Position numbers and translations under genes: made by a program
In this document: positions 25,290 to 38,500 of the stretch, in pieces
Position numbering within the stretch: position 1 is the stretch's first letter
Layout of the letters: every line of letters begins with the position of its first letter
The notes under the pieces: generated by a model
The model's input: only the letters and a program-made list of their open reading frames with translations
Database searches by the model: none
Told to the model about the DNA's origin: nothing
From: Eledone cirrhosa
Lineage: Eukaryota
NCBI GenBank assembly: GCA_964016885.1
Contig: OZ024744.1
Coordinates: 99,944,001-100,008,000 of the forward strand
DNA length: 64,000 bases
Direction of reading: 5' to 3'

Positions 25290-26650
25290 AGAAACAATAG
25301 ATGGTGGTAGCTGTAGCAGTGTAAAACATGGTGGTGGGCATGGTTGGAGAGCTGTAAAGAGACAATAGATGGTGGTAGTTGTAGCACTGTAAAACAGGGT
25401 GGTGGGCATGGCTGGAGAGCTGTAAAGAAACAGTAGATGGTGGTAGTTGTAGTACTGTAAAACATGGTGGTGGGCATGGTTGGAGAGCTGTAAAGAAACA
25501 ATAGAAGGTGGTAGTTGTAGCAGTGTAAAACAGGGTGGTGGGCATGGTTGGAGAGCTGTAAAGAGACAATAGATGGTGGTAGTTGTAACACTGTAAAACA
25601 TGGTGGTGGGCATGGTTGGAGAGCTGTAAAGAAACAATAGATGGTGGTAGTTGTAACACTGTAAAACAGGGTGGTGGGCATGGTTGGAGAGCTGTAAAGA
25701 AACAATAGATGGTGGTAGTTGTAGCACTGTAAAACAGGGTGTTGGGCATGGTTGGAGAGCTGTAAAGAGACAGTAGATGGTGGTAGTTGTAGCACTGTAA
25801 AACAGGGTGATGGGCATGGTTGGAGAGCTGTAAAGAAACAATAGAAGGTGGTAGTTGTAGCAGTGTAAAACAGGGTGGTGGGCATGGTTGGAGAGCTGTA
25901 AAGAGACAATAGATGGTGGTAGTTGTAGCACTATAAAACAGGGTGGTGGGCATGGTTGGAGAGCTGTAAAGAAACAGTAGATGGTGGTAGTTGTAGCTCT
26001 GTAAAACAGGGTGGTGGGCATGGTTGGAGAGCTGTAAAGAGACAATAGATGGTGGTAGTTGTAGCACTGTAAAACAGGGTGGTGGGCATGGTTGGAGAGC
26101 TGTAAAGAAACAATAGATGGTGGTAGCTGTAGCAGTGTAAAACATGGTGGTGGGCATGGTTGGAGAGCTGTAAAGAGACAATAGATGGTGGTAGTTGTAG
26201 CACTGTAAAACAGGGTGGTGGGCATGGTTGGAGAGCTGTAAAGAAACAGTAGATGGTGGTAGTTGTAGTACTGTAAAACATGGTGGTGAGCATGGTTGGA
26301 GAGCTGTAAAGAAACAATAGAAGGTGGTAGTTGTAGCAGTGTAAAACAGGGTGATGGGCATGGTTGGAGAGCTGTAAAGAGACAATAGATGGCGGTAGTT
26401 GTAGCACTGTAAAACATGGTGGTGGGCATGGTTGGAGAGCTGTAAAGAAACAATAGATGGTGGTAGTTGTAACACTGTAAAACAGGGTGGTGGGCATGGT
26501 TGGAGAGCTGTAAAGAAACAATAGATGGTGGTAGTTGTAGCACTGTAAAACAGGGTGTTGGGCATGGTTGGAGAGCTGTAAAGAGACAGTAGATGGTGGT
26601 AGTTGTAGCAGTGTAAAACAGGGTGGTGGGCATGGTTGGAGAGCTGTAAA
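25290..26650. repeat. Older, diverged 12-monomer duplication (period 816 bp)
   Basis: ctgtagcagtg 25311/26127 and gttggg (of gggtgttggg) 25741/26557 are offset by 816 = 12 x 68. The copies differ at several sites. Confidence 0.75.
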
Positions 26651-29600
26651 GAGACAATAGATGGTGGTAGTTGTAGCACTGTAAAACAGGGTGGTGGGCA
26701 TGGTTGGAGAGCTGTAAAGAAACAATAGATGGTGGTAGTTGTAGCACTGTAAAACAGGGTGATGGGCATGGTTGGAGAGCTGTAAAGAAACAATAGAAGG
26801 TGGTAGTTGTAGCAGTGTAAAACAGGGTGGTGGGCATGGTTGGAGAGCTGTAAAGAGACAATAGATGGTGGTAGTTGTAGCACTGTAAAACAGGGTGGTG
26901 GGCATGGTTGAAGAGCTGTAAAGAAACAGTAGATGGTGGTAGTTGTAGCACTGTAAAACAGGGTGGTGGGCATGGTTGGATAGCTGTAAAGAAACAGTAG
27001 AAGGTGGTAGTTGTAGCACTGTAAAACAGGGTGGTGGGCATGGTTGGAGAGCTGTAAAGAGACAATAGATGGTGGTAGTTGTAGCACTGTAAAACAGGGT
27101 GGTGGGCATGGTTGAAGAGCTGTAAAGAATCAGTAGATGGTGGTAGTTGTAGCACTGTAAAACAGGGTGGTGGGCATGGTTGGATAGCTGTAAAGAAACA
27201 ATAGAAGGTGGTAGTTGTAGCACTGTAAAACAGGGTGGTGGGCATGGTTGGAGAGCTGTAAAGAAACAATAGATGGTGGTAGTTGTAGCACTGTAAAACA
27301 GGGTGGTGGGCATGGTTGGAGAGCTGTAAAGAAACAGTAGATGGTGGTAGTTGTAGCACTGTAAAACAGTGTGGTGGGCATGGTTGGAGAGCTGTAAAGA
27401 AACAGTAGATGGTGGTAGTTGTAGCACTGTAAAACAGGGTGGTGGGCATGGTTGGAGATTGTAAAGAGACAATAGATGGTGGTAGTTGTAGCACTGTAAA
27501 ACATGGTGGTGGGCATGGTTGGAGAGCTGTAAAGAAACAATAGAAGTTGGTAGTTGTAGCACTGGAAAACAGGGTGGTGGGCATGGTTGGAGAGCTGTAA
27601 AGAAACAATAGAAGGTGGTAGTTGTAGCACTGTAAAACAGGGTCGTGGGCATGGTTGGAGAGCTGTAAAGAAACAGTAGATGGTGGTAGTTGTAGCACTG
27701 TAAAACAGGGTGGTGGGCATGGTTGGAGAGCTGTAAAGAAACAATAGAAGGTGGTAGTTGTAGCACTGTAAAACAGGGTGGTGGGCATGGTTGGAGAGCT
27801 GTAAAGAGAGAATAGATGGTGGGAGTTGTAGCACTGTAAAACAGGGTGGTGGGCATGGTTGGAGAGCTGTAAAGAAACAATAGATGGTGGTAGTTGTAGC
27901 ACTGTAAAACAGGGTGGTGGGCATCGTTGGAGAGCTGTAAAGAGACAATAGATGGTGGTAGTTGTAGCACTGTAAAACAGGGTGGTGGGCATGGTTGGAG
28001 AGCTGTAAAGAGACAATAGATGGTGGGAGTTGTAGCACTGTAAAACAGGGTGGTGGGCATGGTTGGAGAGCTGTAAAGAAACAGTAGAAGGTGGTAGTTG
28101 TTGCACTGTAAAACAGGATGGTGGGCATGGTTGCAGAGCTGTAAAGAGACAATAGATGATGGTAGTTGTAGCACTGTAAAACAGGGTGGTGGGCATGGTT
28201 GGAGAGCTGTAAAGAGACAGTAGATGGTGGTAGTTGTAGCACTGTAAAACAGGGTGGTGGGCATGGTTGGAGAGCTGTAAAGAGACAGTAGATGGTGGTA
28301 GTTGTAGCACTGTAAAACAGGGTGGTGGGCATGGTTGAAGAGCTGTAAAGAAACAGTAGATGGTGGTAGTTGTAGCACTGTAAAACAGGGTGGTGGGCAT
28401 GGTTGGAGAGCTGTAAAGAAACAGTAGAAGGTGGTAGTTGTAGCACTGTAAAACAGGGTGGTGGGCATGGTTGGAGAGCTGTAAAGAAACAATAGATGGT
28501 GGTAGTTGTAGCACTGTAACACAGGGTGGTGGGCATGGTTGGAGAGCTGTAAAGAAACAGTAGATGGTGGTGGTTGTAGCACTGTAAAACATGGTGGTGG
28601 GCATGGTTGAAGAGCTGTAAAGAAACAGTAGATGGTGGTAGTTGTAGCACTGTAAAACAGGGTGGTGGGCATGGTTGGAGAGCTGTAAAGAAACAATAGA
28701 AGGTGGTAGTTGTAGCACTGGAAAACAGGGTGGTGGGCATGGTTGGAGAGCTGTAAAGATACAATAGAAGGTGGTAGTTGTAGCACTGTATAACATGGTG
28801 GTGGGCATGGTTGGAGAGCTGTAAAGAAACAATAGAAGGTGGTAGTTGTAGCACTGTAAAACAGGGTGGTGGGCATGGTTGGAGAGCTGTAAAGAAACAG
28901 TAGATGGTGGTAGTTGTAGCACTGTAAAACAGGGTGGTGGGCATGGTTGGAGAGCTGTAAAGAAACAATAGATGGTGGGAGTTGTAGCACTGTAAATCAG
29001 GGTGGTGGGCATGGTTGGAGAGCTGTAAAGAAACAATAGATGGTGGTAGTTGTAGCACTGTAAAACAGGGTGGTGGGCATGGTTGGAGAGCTGTAAAGAG
29101 ACAATAGATGGTGGGAGTTGTAGCACTGTAAAACAGGGTGATGGGCATGGTTCGAGAGCTGTAAAGAGACAATAGATGGTGGGAGTTGTAGCACTGTAAA
29201 ACATGGTGGTGGGCATGGTTGGAGAGCTGTAAAGAAACAGTAGAAGGTGGTAGTTGTAGCACTGTAAAACAAGGTGGTGCGCATGGTTGGAGAGCTGTAA
29301 AGAAACAATAGATGGTGGTAGTTGTAGCACTGTAAAACAGGGTGGTGAGCATGGTTGGAGAGCTGTAAAGAGACAATAGATGGTGGTAGTTGTAGCAGTG
29401 TAAAACAGGGTGGTGGGCATGGTTGGAGAGCTGTAAAGAAACAATAGATGGTGGTAGTTGTAGTACTGTAAACCAGGGTGGTGGGCATGGTTGGAGAGCT
29501 GTAAAGAGACAGTAGAAGGTGGTAGTTGTAGCACTGTAAAACATGGTGGTGGGCATGGTTGGAGAGCTGTAAAGAGACAATAGATGGTGGTAGTTGTAGC

Positions 29601-32600
29601 ACTGTAAAACAGGGTGGTGGGCATGGTTGGAGAGCTGTAAAGAAACAATAGAAGGTGGGAGTTGTAGCACTGTAAAACAGGGTGGTGGGCATGGTTGGAG
29701 AGCTGTAAAGAGACAATAGATGGTGGTAGTTGTAGCACTGTAAAACAGGGTGGTGGGCATGGTTCGAGAGCTGTAAAGAGACGATAGAAGGTAGTAGTTG
29801 TAGCACTGTAAAACAGGATGGTGGGCATGGTTGGAGAGCTGTAAAGAGACAATAGATGGTGGTAGTTGTAGCACTGTAAAACAGGGTGGTGGGCATGGTT
29901 GGAGAGCTGTAAAGAGACAATAGATGGTGGGAGTTGTAGCACTGTAAAACAGGGCGGTGGGCATGGTTGGAGAGCTGTAAAGAAACAGTAGAAGGTGGTA
30001 GTTGTAGCACTGTAAAAGAGGGTGGTGGGCATGGTTGGAGAGCTGTAAAGAGACAATAGATGGTGGTAGTTGTAGCACTGTAAAACAGGGTGGTGGGCAT
30101 GGTTGGAGAGCTGTAAAGAGACAATAGATGGTGGTAGTTGTAGCACTGTAAAACATGGTGGTGGGCATGGTTGGAGAGCTGTAAAGAAACAATAGAAGGT
30201 GGTAGTTGTAGCACTGGAAAACAGGGTGGTGGGCATGGTTGGAGAGCTGTAAAGATACAATAGAAGGTGGTAGTTGTAGCAATGTAAAACATGGTGGTGG
30301 GCATGGTTGGAGAACTGTAAAGAAACAATAGAAGGTGGTAGTTGTAGCACTGTAAAACAGGGTGGTGGTCATGGTTGGAGAGCTGTAAAGAAACAGTAGA
30401 TGGTGGTAGTTGTAGCACTGTAAAACAGGGTGGTGGGCATGGTTGGAGAGCTGTAAAGAAACAATAGATGGTGGGAGTTGTAGCACTGTAAATCAGGGTG
30501 GTGGGCATGGTTGGAGAGCTGTAAAGAAACAATAGAAGGTGGTAGTTGTAGCACTGTAAAACAGGGTGGTGGGCATGGTTGGAGAGCTGTAAAGAGACAA
30601 TAGATGGTGGGAGTTGTAGCACTGTAAAACAGGGTGGTGGGCATGGTTGGAGAGCTGTAAAGAGACAATAGATGGTGGGAGTTGTAGCACTGTAAAACAT
30701 GGTGGTGGGCATGGTTGGAGAGCTGTAAAGAAACAGTAGAAGGTGGTAGTTGTTGCACTGTAAAACAGGATGGTGGACATGGTTGCAGAGCTGTAAAGAG
30801 ACAATAGATGATGGTAGTTGTAGCACTGTAAAACAGGGTGGTGGGCATGGTTGGAGAGCTGTAAAGAGACAGTAGATGGTGGTAGTTGTAGCACTGTAAA
30901 ACAGGGTGGTGGGCATGGTTGGAGAGCTGTAAAGAGACAGTAGATGGTGGTAGTTGTAGCACTGTAAAACAGGGTGGTGGGCATGGTTGAAGAGCTGTAA
31001 AGAAACAGTAGATGGTGGTAGTTGTAGCACTGTAAAACAGGGTGGTGGGCATGGTTGGAGAGCTGTAAAGAAACAGTAGAAGGTGGTAGTTGTAGCACTG
31101 TAAAACAGGGTGGTGGGCATGGTTGGAGAGCTGTAAAGAAACAATAGATGGTGGTAGTTGTAGCACTGTAACACAGGGTGGTGGGCATGGTTGGAGAGCT
31201 GTAAAGAAACAGTAGATGGTGGTGGTTGTAGCACTGTAAAACATGGTGGTGGGCATGGTTGAAGAGCTGTAAAGAAACAGTAGATGGTGGTAGTTGTAGC
31301 ACTGTAAAACAGGGTGGTGGGCATGGTTGGAGAGCTGTAAAGAAACAATAGAAGGTGGTAGTTGTAGCACTGGAAAACAGGGTGGTGGGCATGGTTGGAG
31401 AGCTGTAAAGATACAATAGAAGGTGGTAGTTGTAGCACTGTATAACATGGTGGTGGGCATGGTTGGAGAGCTGTAAAGAAACAATAGAAGGTGGTAGTTG
31501 TAGCACTGTAAAACAGGGTGGTGGGCATGGTTGGAGAGCTGTAAAGAAACAGTAGATGGTGGTAGTTGTAGCACTGTAAAACAGGGTGGTGGGCATGGTT
31601 GGAGAGCTGTAAAGAAACAATAGATGGTGGGAGTTGTAGCACTGTAAATCAGGGTGGTGGGCATGGTTGGAGAGCTGTAAAGAAACAATAGATGGTGGTA
31701 CTTGTAGCACTGTAAAACAGGGTGGTGGGCATGGTTGGAGAGCTGTAAAGAGACAATAGATGGTGGGAGTTGTAGCACTGTAAAACAGGGTGATGGGCAT
31801 GGTTCGAGAGCTGTAAAGAGACAATAGATGGTGGGAGTTGTAGCACTGTAAAACATGGTGGTGGGCATGGTTGGAGAGCTGTAAAGAAACAGTAGAAGGT
31901 GGTAGTTGTAGCACTGTAAAACAAGGTGGTGCGCATGGTTGGAGAGCTGTAAAGAAACAATAGATGGTGGTAGTTGTAGCACTGTAAAACAGGGTGGTGA
32001 GCATGGTTGGAGAGCTGTAAAGAGACAATAGATGGTGGTAGTTGTAGTACTGTAAACCAGGGTGGTGGGCATGGTTGGAGAGCTGTAAAGAGACAGTAGA
32101 AGGTGGTAGTTGTAGCACTGTAAAACATGGTGGTGGGCATGGTTGGAGAGCTGTAAAGAGACAATAGATGGTGGTAGTTGAAACACTGTAAAACAGGGTG
32201 GTGGGCATGGTAGGAGAGCTGTAAAGATAACAATAGATGGTGGTAGTTGTAGCACTGTAAAACAGGGTGGTGGGCATGGTTGGAGAGCTGTAAAGAGACA
32301 GTAGAAGGTGGGAGTTGTAGCACTGTAAGACAGGGTGGTGGGCATGGTTGGAGAGCTGTAAAGAAACAATAGATGGTGGTAGTTGTAGCACTGTAAAACA
32401 GGGTGGTGGGCATGGTTGGAGAGCTGTAAAGAAACAGTAGATGGTGGTAGTTGTAGCACTGTAAAACAGGGTGGTGGGCATGGTTGGAGAGCTGTAAAGA
32501 AACAATAGAAGGTGGGAGTTGTAGCACTGTAAAACAGGGTGGTGGGCATGGTTGGAGAGCTGTAAAGAGACAATAGATGGTGGTAGTTGTAGCACTGTAA

Positions 32601-35599
32601 AACAGGGTGGTGGGCATGGTTCGAGAGCTGTAAAGAGACGATAGAAGGTAGTAGTTGTAGCACTGTAAAACAGGATGGTGGGCATGGTTGGAGAGCTGTA
32701 AAGAGACAATAGATGGTGGTAGTTGTAGCACTGTAAAACAGGGTGGTGGGCATGGTTGGAGAGCTGTAAAGAGACAATAGATGGTGGGAGTTGTAGCACT
32801 GTAAAACAGGGCGGTGGGCATGGTTGGAGAGCTGTAAAGAAACAGTAGAAGGTGGTAGTTGTAGCACTGTAAAAGAGGGTGGTGGGCATGGTTGGAGAGC
32901 TGTAAAGAGACAATAGATGGTGGTAGTTGTAGCACTGTAAAACAGGGTGGTGGGCATGGTTGGAGAGCTGTAAAGAGACAATAGATGGTGGTAGTTGTAG
33001 CACTGTAAAACATGGTGGTGGGCATGGTTGGAGAGCTGTAAAGAAACAATAGAAGGTGGTAGTTGTAGCACTGGAAAACAGGGTGGTGGGCATGGTTGGA
33101 GAGCTGTAAAGATACAATAGAAGGTGGTAGTTGTAGCAATGTAAAACATGGTGGTGGGCATGGTTGGAGAACTGTAAAGAAACAATAGAAGGTGGTAGTT
33201 GTAGCACTGTAAAACAGGGTGGTGGTCATGGTTGGAGAGCTGTAAAGAAACAGTAGATGGTGGTAGTTGTAGCACTGTAAAACAGGGTGGTGGGCATGGT
33301 TGGAGAGCTGTAAAGAAACAATAGATGGTGGGAGTTGTAGCACTGTAAATCAGGGTGGTGGGCATGGTTGGAGAGCTGTAAAGAAACAATAGAAGGTGGT
33401 AGTTGTAGCACTGTAAAACAGGGTGGTGGGCATGGTTGGAGAGCTGTAAAGAGACAATAGATGGTGGGAGTTGTAGCACTGTAAAACAGGGTGGTGGGCA
33501 TGGTTGGAGAGCTGTAAAGAGACAATAGATGGTGGGAGTTGTAGCACTGTAAAACATGGTGGTGGGCATGGTTGGAGAGCTGTAAAGAAACAGTAGAAGG
33601 TGGTAGTTGTAGCACTGTAAAACAAGGTGGTGCGCATGGTTGGAGAGCTGTAAAGAAACAATAGATGGTGGTAGTTGTAGCACTGTAAAACAGGGTGGTG
33701 AGCATGGTGGGAGAGCTGTAAAGAGACAATAGATGGTGGTAGTTGTAGCAGTGTAAAACAGGGTGGTGGGCATGGTTGGAGAGCTGTAAAGAGACAATAG
33801 ATGGTGGTAGTTGTAGCAGTGTAAACCAGGGTGGTGGGCATGGTTGGAGAGCTGTAAAGAGACAATAGATGGTGGTAGTTGTAGCACTGTAAAACATGGT
33901 GGTGGGCATGGTTGGAGAGCTGTAAAGAGACAATAGATGGTGGTAGTTGAAGCACTGTAAAACAGGGTGGTGGGCATGGTTGGAGAGCTGTAAGGATAAC
34001 AATAGATGGTGGTAGTTGTAGCACTGTAAAACAGGGTGGTGGGCATGGTTGGAGAGCTGTAAAGAGACAGTAGAAGGTGGGAGTTGTAGCACTGTAAGAC
34101 AGGGTGGTGGGCATGGTTGGAGAGCTGTAAAGAAACAATAGATGGTGGTAGTTGTAGCACTGTAAAACAGGGTGGTGGGCATGGTTGGAGAGCTGTAAAG
34201 AAACAGTAGATGGTGGTAGTTGTAGCACTGTAAAACAGGGTGGTGGGCATGGTTGGAGAGCTGTAAAGAAACAATAGAAGGTGGGAGTTGTAGCACTGTA
34301 AAACAGGGTGGTGGGCATGGTTGGAGAGCTGTAAAGAGACAATAGATGGTGGTAGTTGTAGCACTGTAAAACATGGTGGTGGGCATGGTTGGAGAGCTGT
34401 AAAGAAACAATAGATGGTGGTAGTTGTAACACTGTAAAACAGGGTGGTGGGCATGGTTGGAGAGCTGTAAAGAAACAATAGATGGTGGTAGTTGTAGCAC
34501 TGTAAAACAGGGTGGTGGGCATGGTTGGAGAGCTGTAAAGAGACAGTAGATGGTGGTAGTTGTAGCAGTGTAAAACAGGGTGGTGGGCATGGTTGGAGAG
34601 CTGTAAAGAGACAATAGATGGTGGTAGTTGTAGCACTGTAAAACAGGGTGGTGGGCATGGTTGGAGAGCTGTAAAGAAACAATAGATGGTGGTAGTTGTA
34701 GCACTGTAAAACAGGGTGATGGGCATGGTTGGAGAGCTGTAAAGAAACAATAGAAGGTGGTAGTTGTAGCAGTGTAAAACAGGGTGGTGGGCATGGTTGG
34801 AGAGCTGTAAAGAGACAATAGATGGTGGTAGTTGTAGCACTGTAAAACAGGGTGGTGGGCATGGTTGGAGAGCTGTAAAGAGACAATAGATGGTGGTAGT
34901 TGTAGCACTGTAAAACAGGGTGGTGGGCATGGTTGAAGAGCTGTAAAGAAACAGTAGATGGTGGTAGTTGTAGCACTGTAAAACAGGGTGGTGGGCATGG
35001 TTGGATAGCTGTAAAGAAACAGTAGAAGGTGGGAGTTGTAGCACTGTAAAACAGGGTGGTGGGCATGGTTGGAGAGCTGTAAAGAAACAATAGATGGTGG
35101 TAGTTGTAGCACTGTAAAACAGGGTGGTGGGCATGGTTGGAGAGCTGTAAAGAAACAGTAGATGGTGGTAGTTGTAGCACTGTAAAACAGGGTGGTGGGC
35201 ATGGTTGGAGAGCTGTAAAGAAACAGTAGATGGTGGTAGTTGTAGCACTGTAAAACAGGGTGGTGGGCATGGTTGGAGATTGTAAAGAGACAATAGATGG
35301 TGGTAGTTGTAGCACTGTAAAACATGGTGGTGGGCATGGTTGGAGAGCTGTAAAGAAACAATAGAAGGTGGTAGTTGTAGCACTGGAAAACAGGGTGGTG
35401 GGCATGGTTGGAGAGCTGTAAAGAAACAATAGAAGGTGGTAGTTGTAGCACTGTAAAACAGGGTCGTGGGCATGGTTGGAGAGCTGTAAAGAAACAGTAG
35501 ATGGTGGTAGTTGTAGCACTGTAAAACAGGGTGGTGGGCATGGTTGGAGAGCTGTAAAGAAACAATAGAAGGTGGTAGTTGTAGCACTGTAAAACAGGG

Positions 35600-38500
35600 T
35601 GGTGGGCATGGTTGGAGAGCTGTAAAGAGAGAATAGATGGTGGGAGTTGTAGCACTGTAAAACAGGGTGGTGGGCATGGTTGGTGAGCTGTAAAGAGACA
35701 ATAGATTGTGGGAGTTGTAGCACTGTAAAACATGGTGGTGGGCATGGTTGGAGAGCTGTAAAGAAACAGTAGAAGGTGGTAGTTGTAGCACTGTAAAACA
35801 AGGTGGTACGCATGGTTGGAGAGCTGTAAAGAAATAATAGATGGTGGTAGTTGTAGCACTGTAAAACAGGGTGGTGAGCATCGTTGGAGAGCTGTAAAGA
35901 GACAATAGATGGTGGTAGTTGTAGCAGTGTAAAACAGGGTGGTGGGCATGGTTGGAGAGCTGTAAAGAAACAATAGATGGTAGTAGTTGTAGTACTGTAA
36001 ACCAGGGTGGTGGGCAGGGTTGGAGAGCTGTAAAGAGACAGTAGAAGGTGGTAGTTGTAGCACTGTAAAACATGGTGGTGGGCATGGTTGGAGAGCTGTA
36101 AAGAGACAATAGATGGTGGTAGTTGAAGCACTGTAAAACAGGGTGGTGGGCAAGGTTGGAGAGCTGTAAAGATAACAATAGATGGTGGTAGTTGTAGCAC
36201 TGTAAAACAGGGTGGTGGGCATGGTTGGAGAGCTGTAAAGAGACAGTAGAAGGTGGGAGTTGTAGCACTGTAAGACAGGGTGGTGGGCATGGTTGGAGAG
36301 CTGTAAAGAAAAAATAGAAGGTGGGAGTTGTAGCACTGTAAAACAGGGTGGTGGGCATGGTTGGAGAGCTGTAAAGAGACAATAGATGGTGGTAGTTGTA
36401 GCACTGTAAAACAGGGTGGTGGGCATGGTTGGATAGCTGTAAAGAAACAGTAGAAGGTGGTAGTTATAGCACTGTAAAACAGGGTGGTGGGCATGGTTGG
36501 AGAGCTGTAAAGAGACAATAGATGGTGGGAGTTGTAGCACTGTAAAACAGGGTGGTGGGCATGGTTGGAGAGCTGTAAAGGAACAGTAGAAGGTGGGAGT
36601 TGTAGTACTGTAAACCAGGGTGGTGGGCAGGGTTGGAGAGCTGTAAAGAGACAGTAGAAGGTGGTAGTTGTAGCACTGTAAAACAGGGTGGTGGGCATGG
36701 TTGGAGAGCTGTAAAGAAACAGTAGATGGTGGTAGTTGTAGCACTGTAAAACAGGGTGGTGGGCATGGTTGGAGAGCTGTAAAGAAACAGTAGATGGTGG
36801 TAGTTGTAGCACTGTAAAACAGGGTGGTGGGCATGGTTGGAGAGTTGTAAAGAGACAATAGATGGTGGTAGTTGTAGCACTGTAAAACATGGTGGTGGGC
36901 ATGGTTGGAGAGCTGTAAAGAAACAATAGAAGGTGGTAGTTGTAGCACTGGAAAACAGGGTGGTGGGCATGGTTGGAGAGCTGTAAAGATACAATAGAAG
37001 GTGGTAGTTGTAGCACTGTAAAACATGGTGGTGGGCATGGTTGGAGAGCTGTAAAGAAACAATAGAAGGTGGTAGTTGTAGCACTGTAAAACAGGGTGGT
37101 GGGCATGGTTGGAGAGCTGTAAAGAAACAGTAGATGGTGGTAGTTGTAGCACTGTAAAACAGGGTGGTGGGCATGGTTGGAGAGCTGTAAAGAAACAATA
37201 GATGGTGGGAGTTGTAGCACTGTAAATCAGGGTGGTGGGCATGGTTGGAGAGCTGTAAAGAAACAATAGAAGGTGGTAGTTGTAGCACTGTAAAACAGGG
37301 TGGTGGGCATGGTTGGAGAGCTGTAAAGAGACAATAGATGGTGGGAGTTGTAGCACTGTAAAACAGGGTGGTGGGCATGGTTGGTGAGCTGTAAAGAGAC
37401 AATAGATCGTGGGAGTTGTAGCACTGTAAAACATGGTGGTGGGCATGGTTGGAGAGCTGTAAAGAAACAGTAGAAGGTGGTAGTTGTAGCACTGTAAAAC
37501 AAGGTGGTGCGCATGGTTGGAGAGCTGTAAAGAAACAATAGATGGTGGTAGTTGTAGCACTGTAAAACAGGGTGGTGAGCATGGTTGGAGAGCTGTAAAG
37601 AGACAATAGATGGTGGTAGTTGTAGCAGTGTAAAACAGGGTGGTGGGCATGGTTGGAGAGCTGTAAAGAAACAATAGATGGTGGTAGTTGTAGTACTGTA
37701 AACCAGGGTGGTGGGCAGGGTTGGAGAGCTGTAAAGAGACAGTAGAAGGTGGTAGTTGTAGCACTGTAAAACATGGTGGTGGGCATGGTTGGAGAGCTGT
37801 AAAGAGACAATAGATGGTGGTAGTTGAAGCACTGTAAAACAGGGTGGTGGGCATGGTTGGAGAGCTGTAAAGATAACAATAGATGGTGGTAGTTGTAGCA
37901 CTGTAAAACAGGGTGGTGGGCATGGTTGGAGAGCTGTAAAGAGACAGTAGAAGGTGGGAGTTGTAGCACTGTAAGACAGGGTGGTGGGCATGGTTGGAGA
38001 GCTGTAAAGAAACAATAGAAGGTGGGAGTTGTAGCACTGTAAAACAGGGTGGTGGGCATGGTTGGAGAGCTGTAAAGAGACAATAGATGGTGGTAGTTGT
38101 AGCACTGTAAAACAGGGTGGTGGGCATGGTTCGAGAGCTGTAAAGAGACAATAGAAGGTGGTAGTTGTAGCACTGTAAAACAGGGTGGTGGGCATGGTTG
38201 GAGAGCTGTAAAGAGACAATAGATGGTGGTAGTTGTAGCACTGTAAAACAGGGTGGTGGGCATGGTTGGAGAGCTGTAAAGAGACAATAGATGGTGGTAG
38301 TTGTAGCACTGTAAAACAGGGCGGTGGGCATGGTTGGAGAGATGTAAAGAAACAGTAGAAGGTGGTAGTTGTAGCAGTGTAAAACAGGGTGGTGGGCATG
38401 GTTGGAGAGCTGTAAAGAGACAATAGATGGTGGCAGTTGTAGCAGTGTAAAACATGGTGGTGGGCATGGTTGGAGAGCTGTAAAGAGACAATAGATGGTG

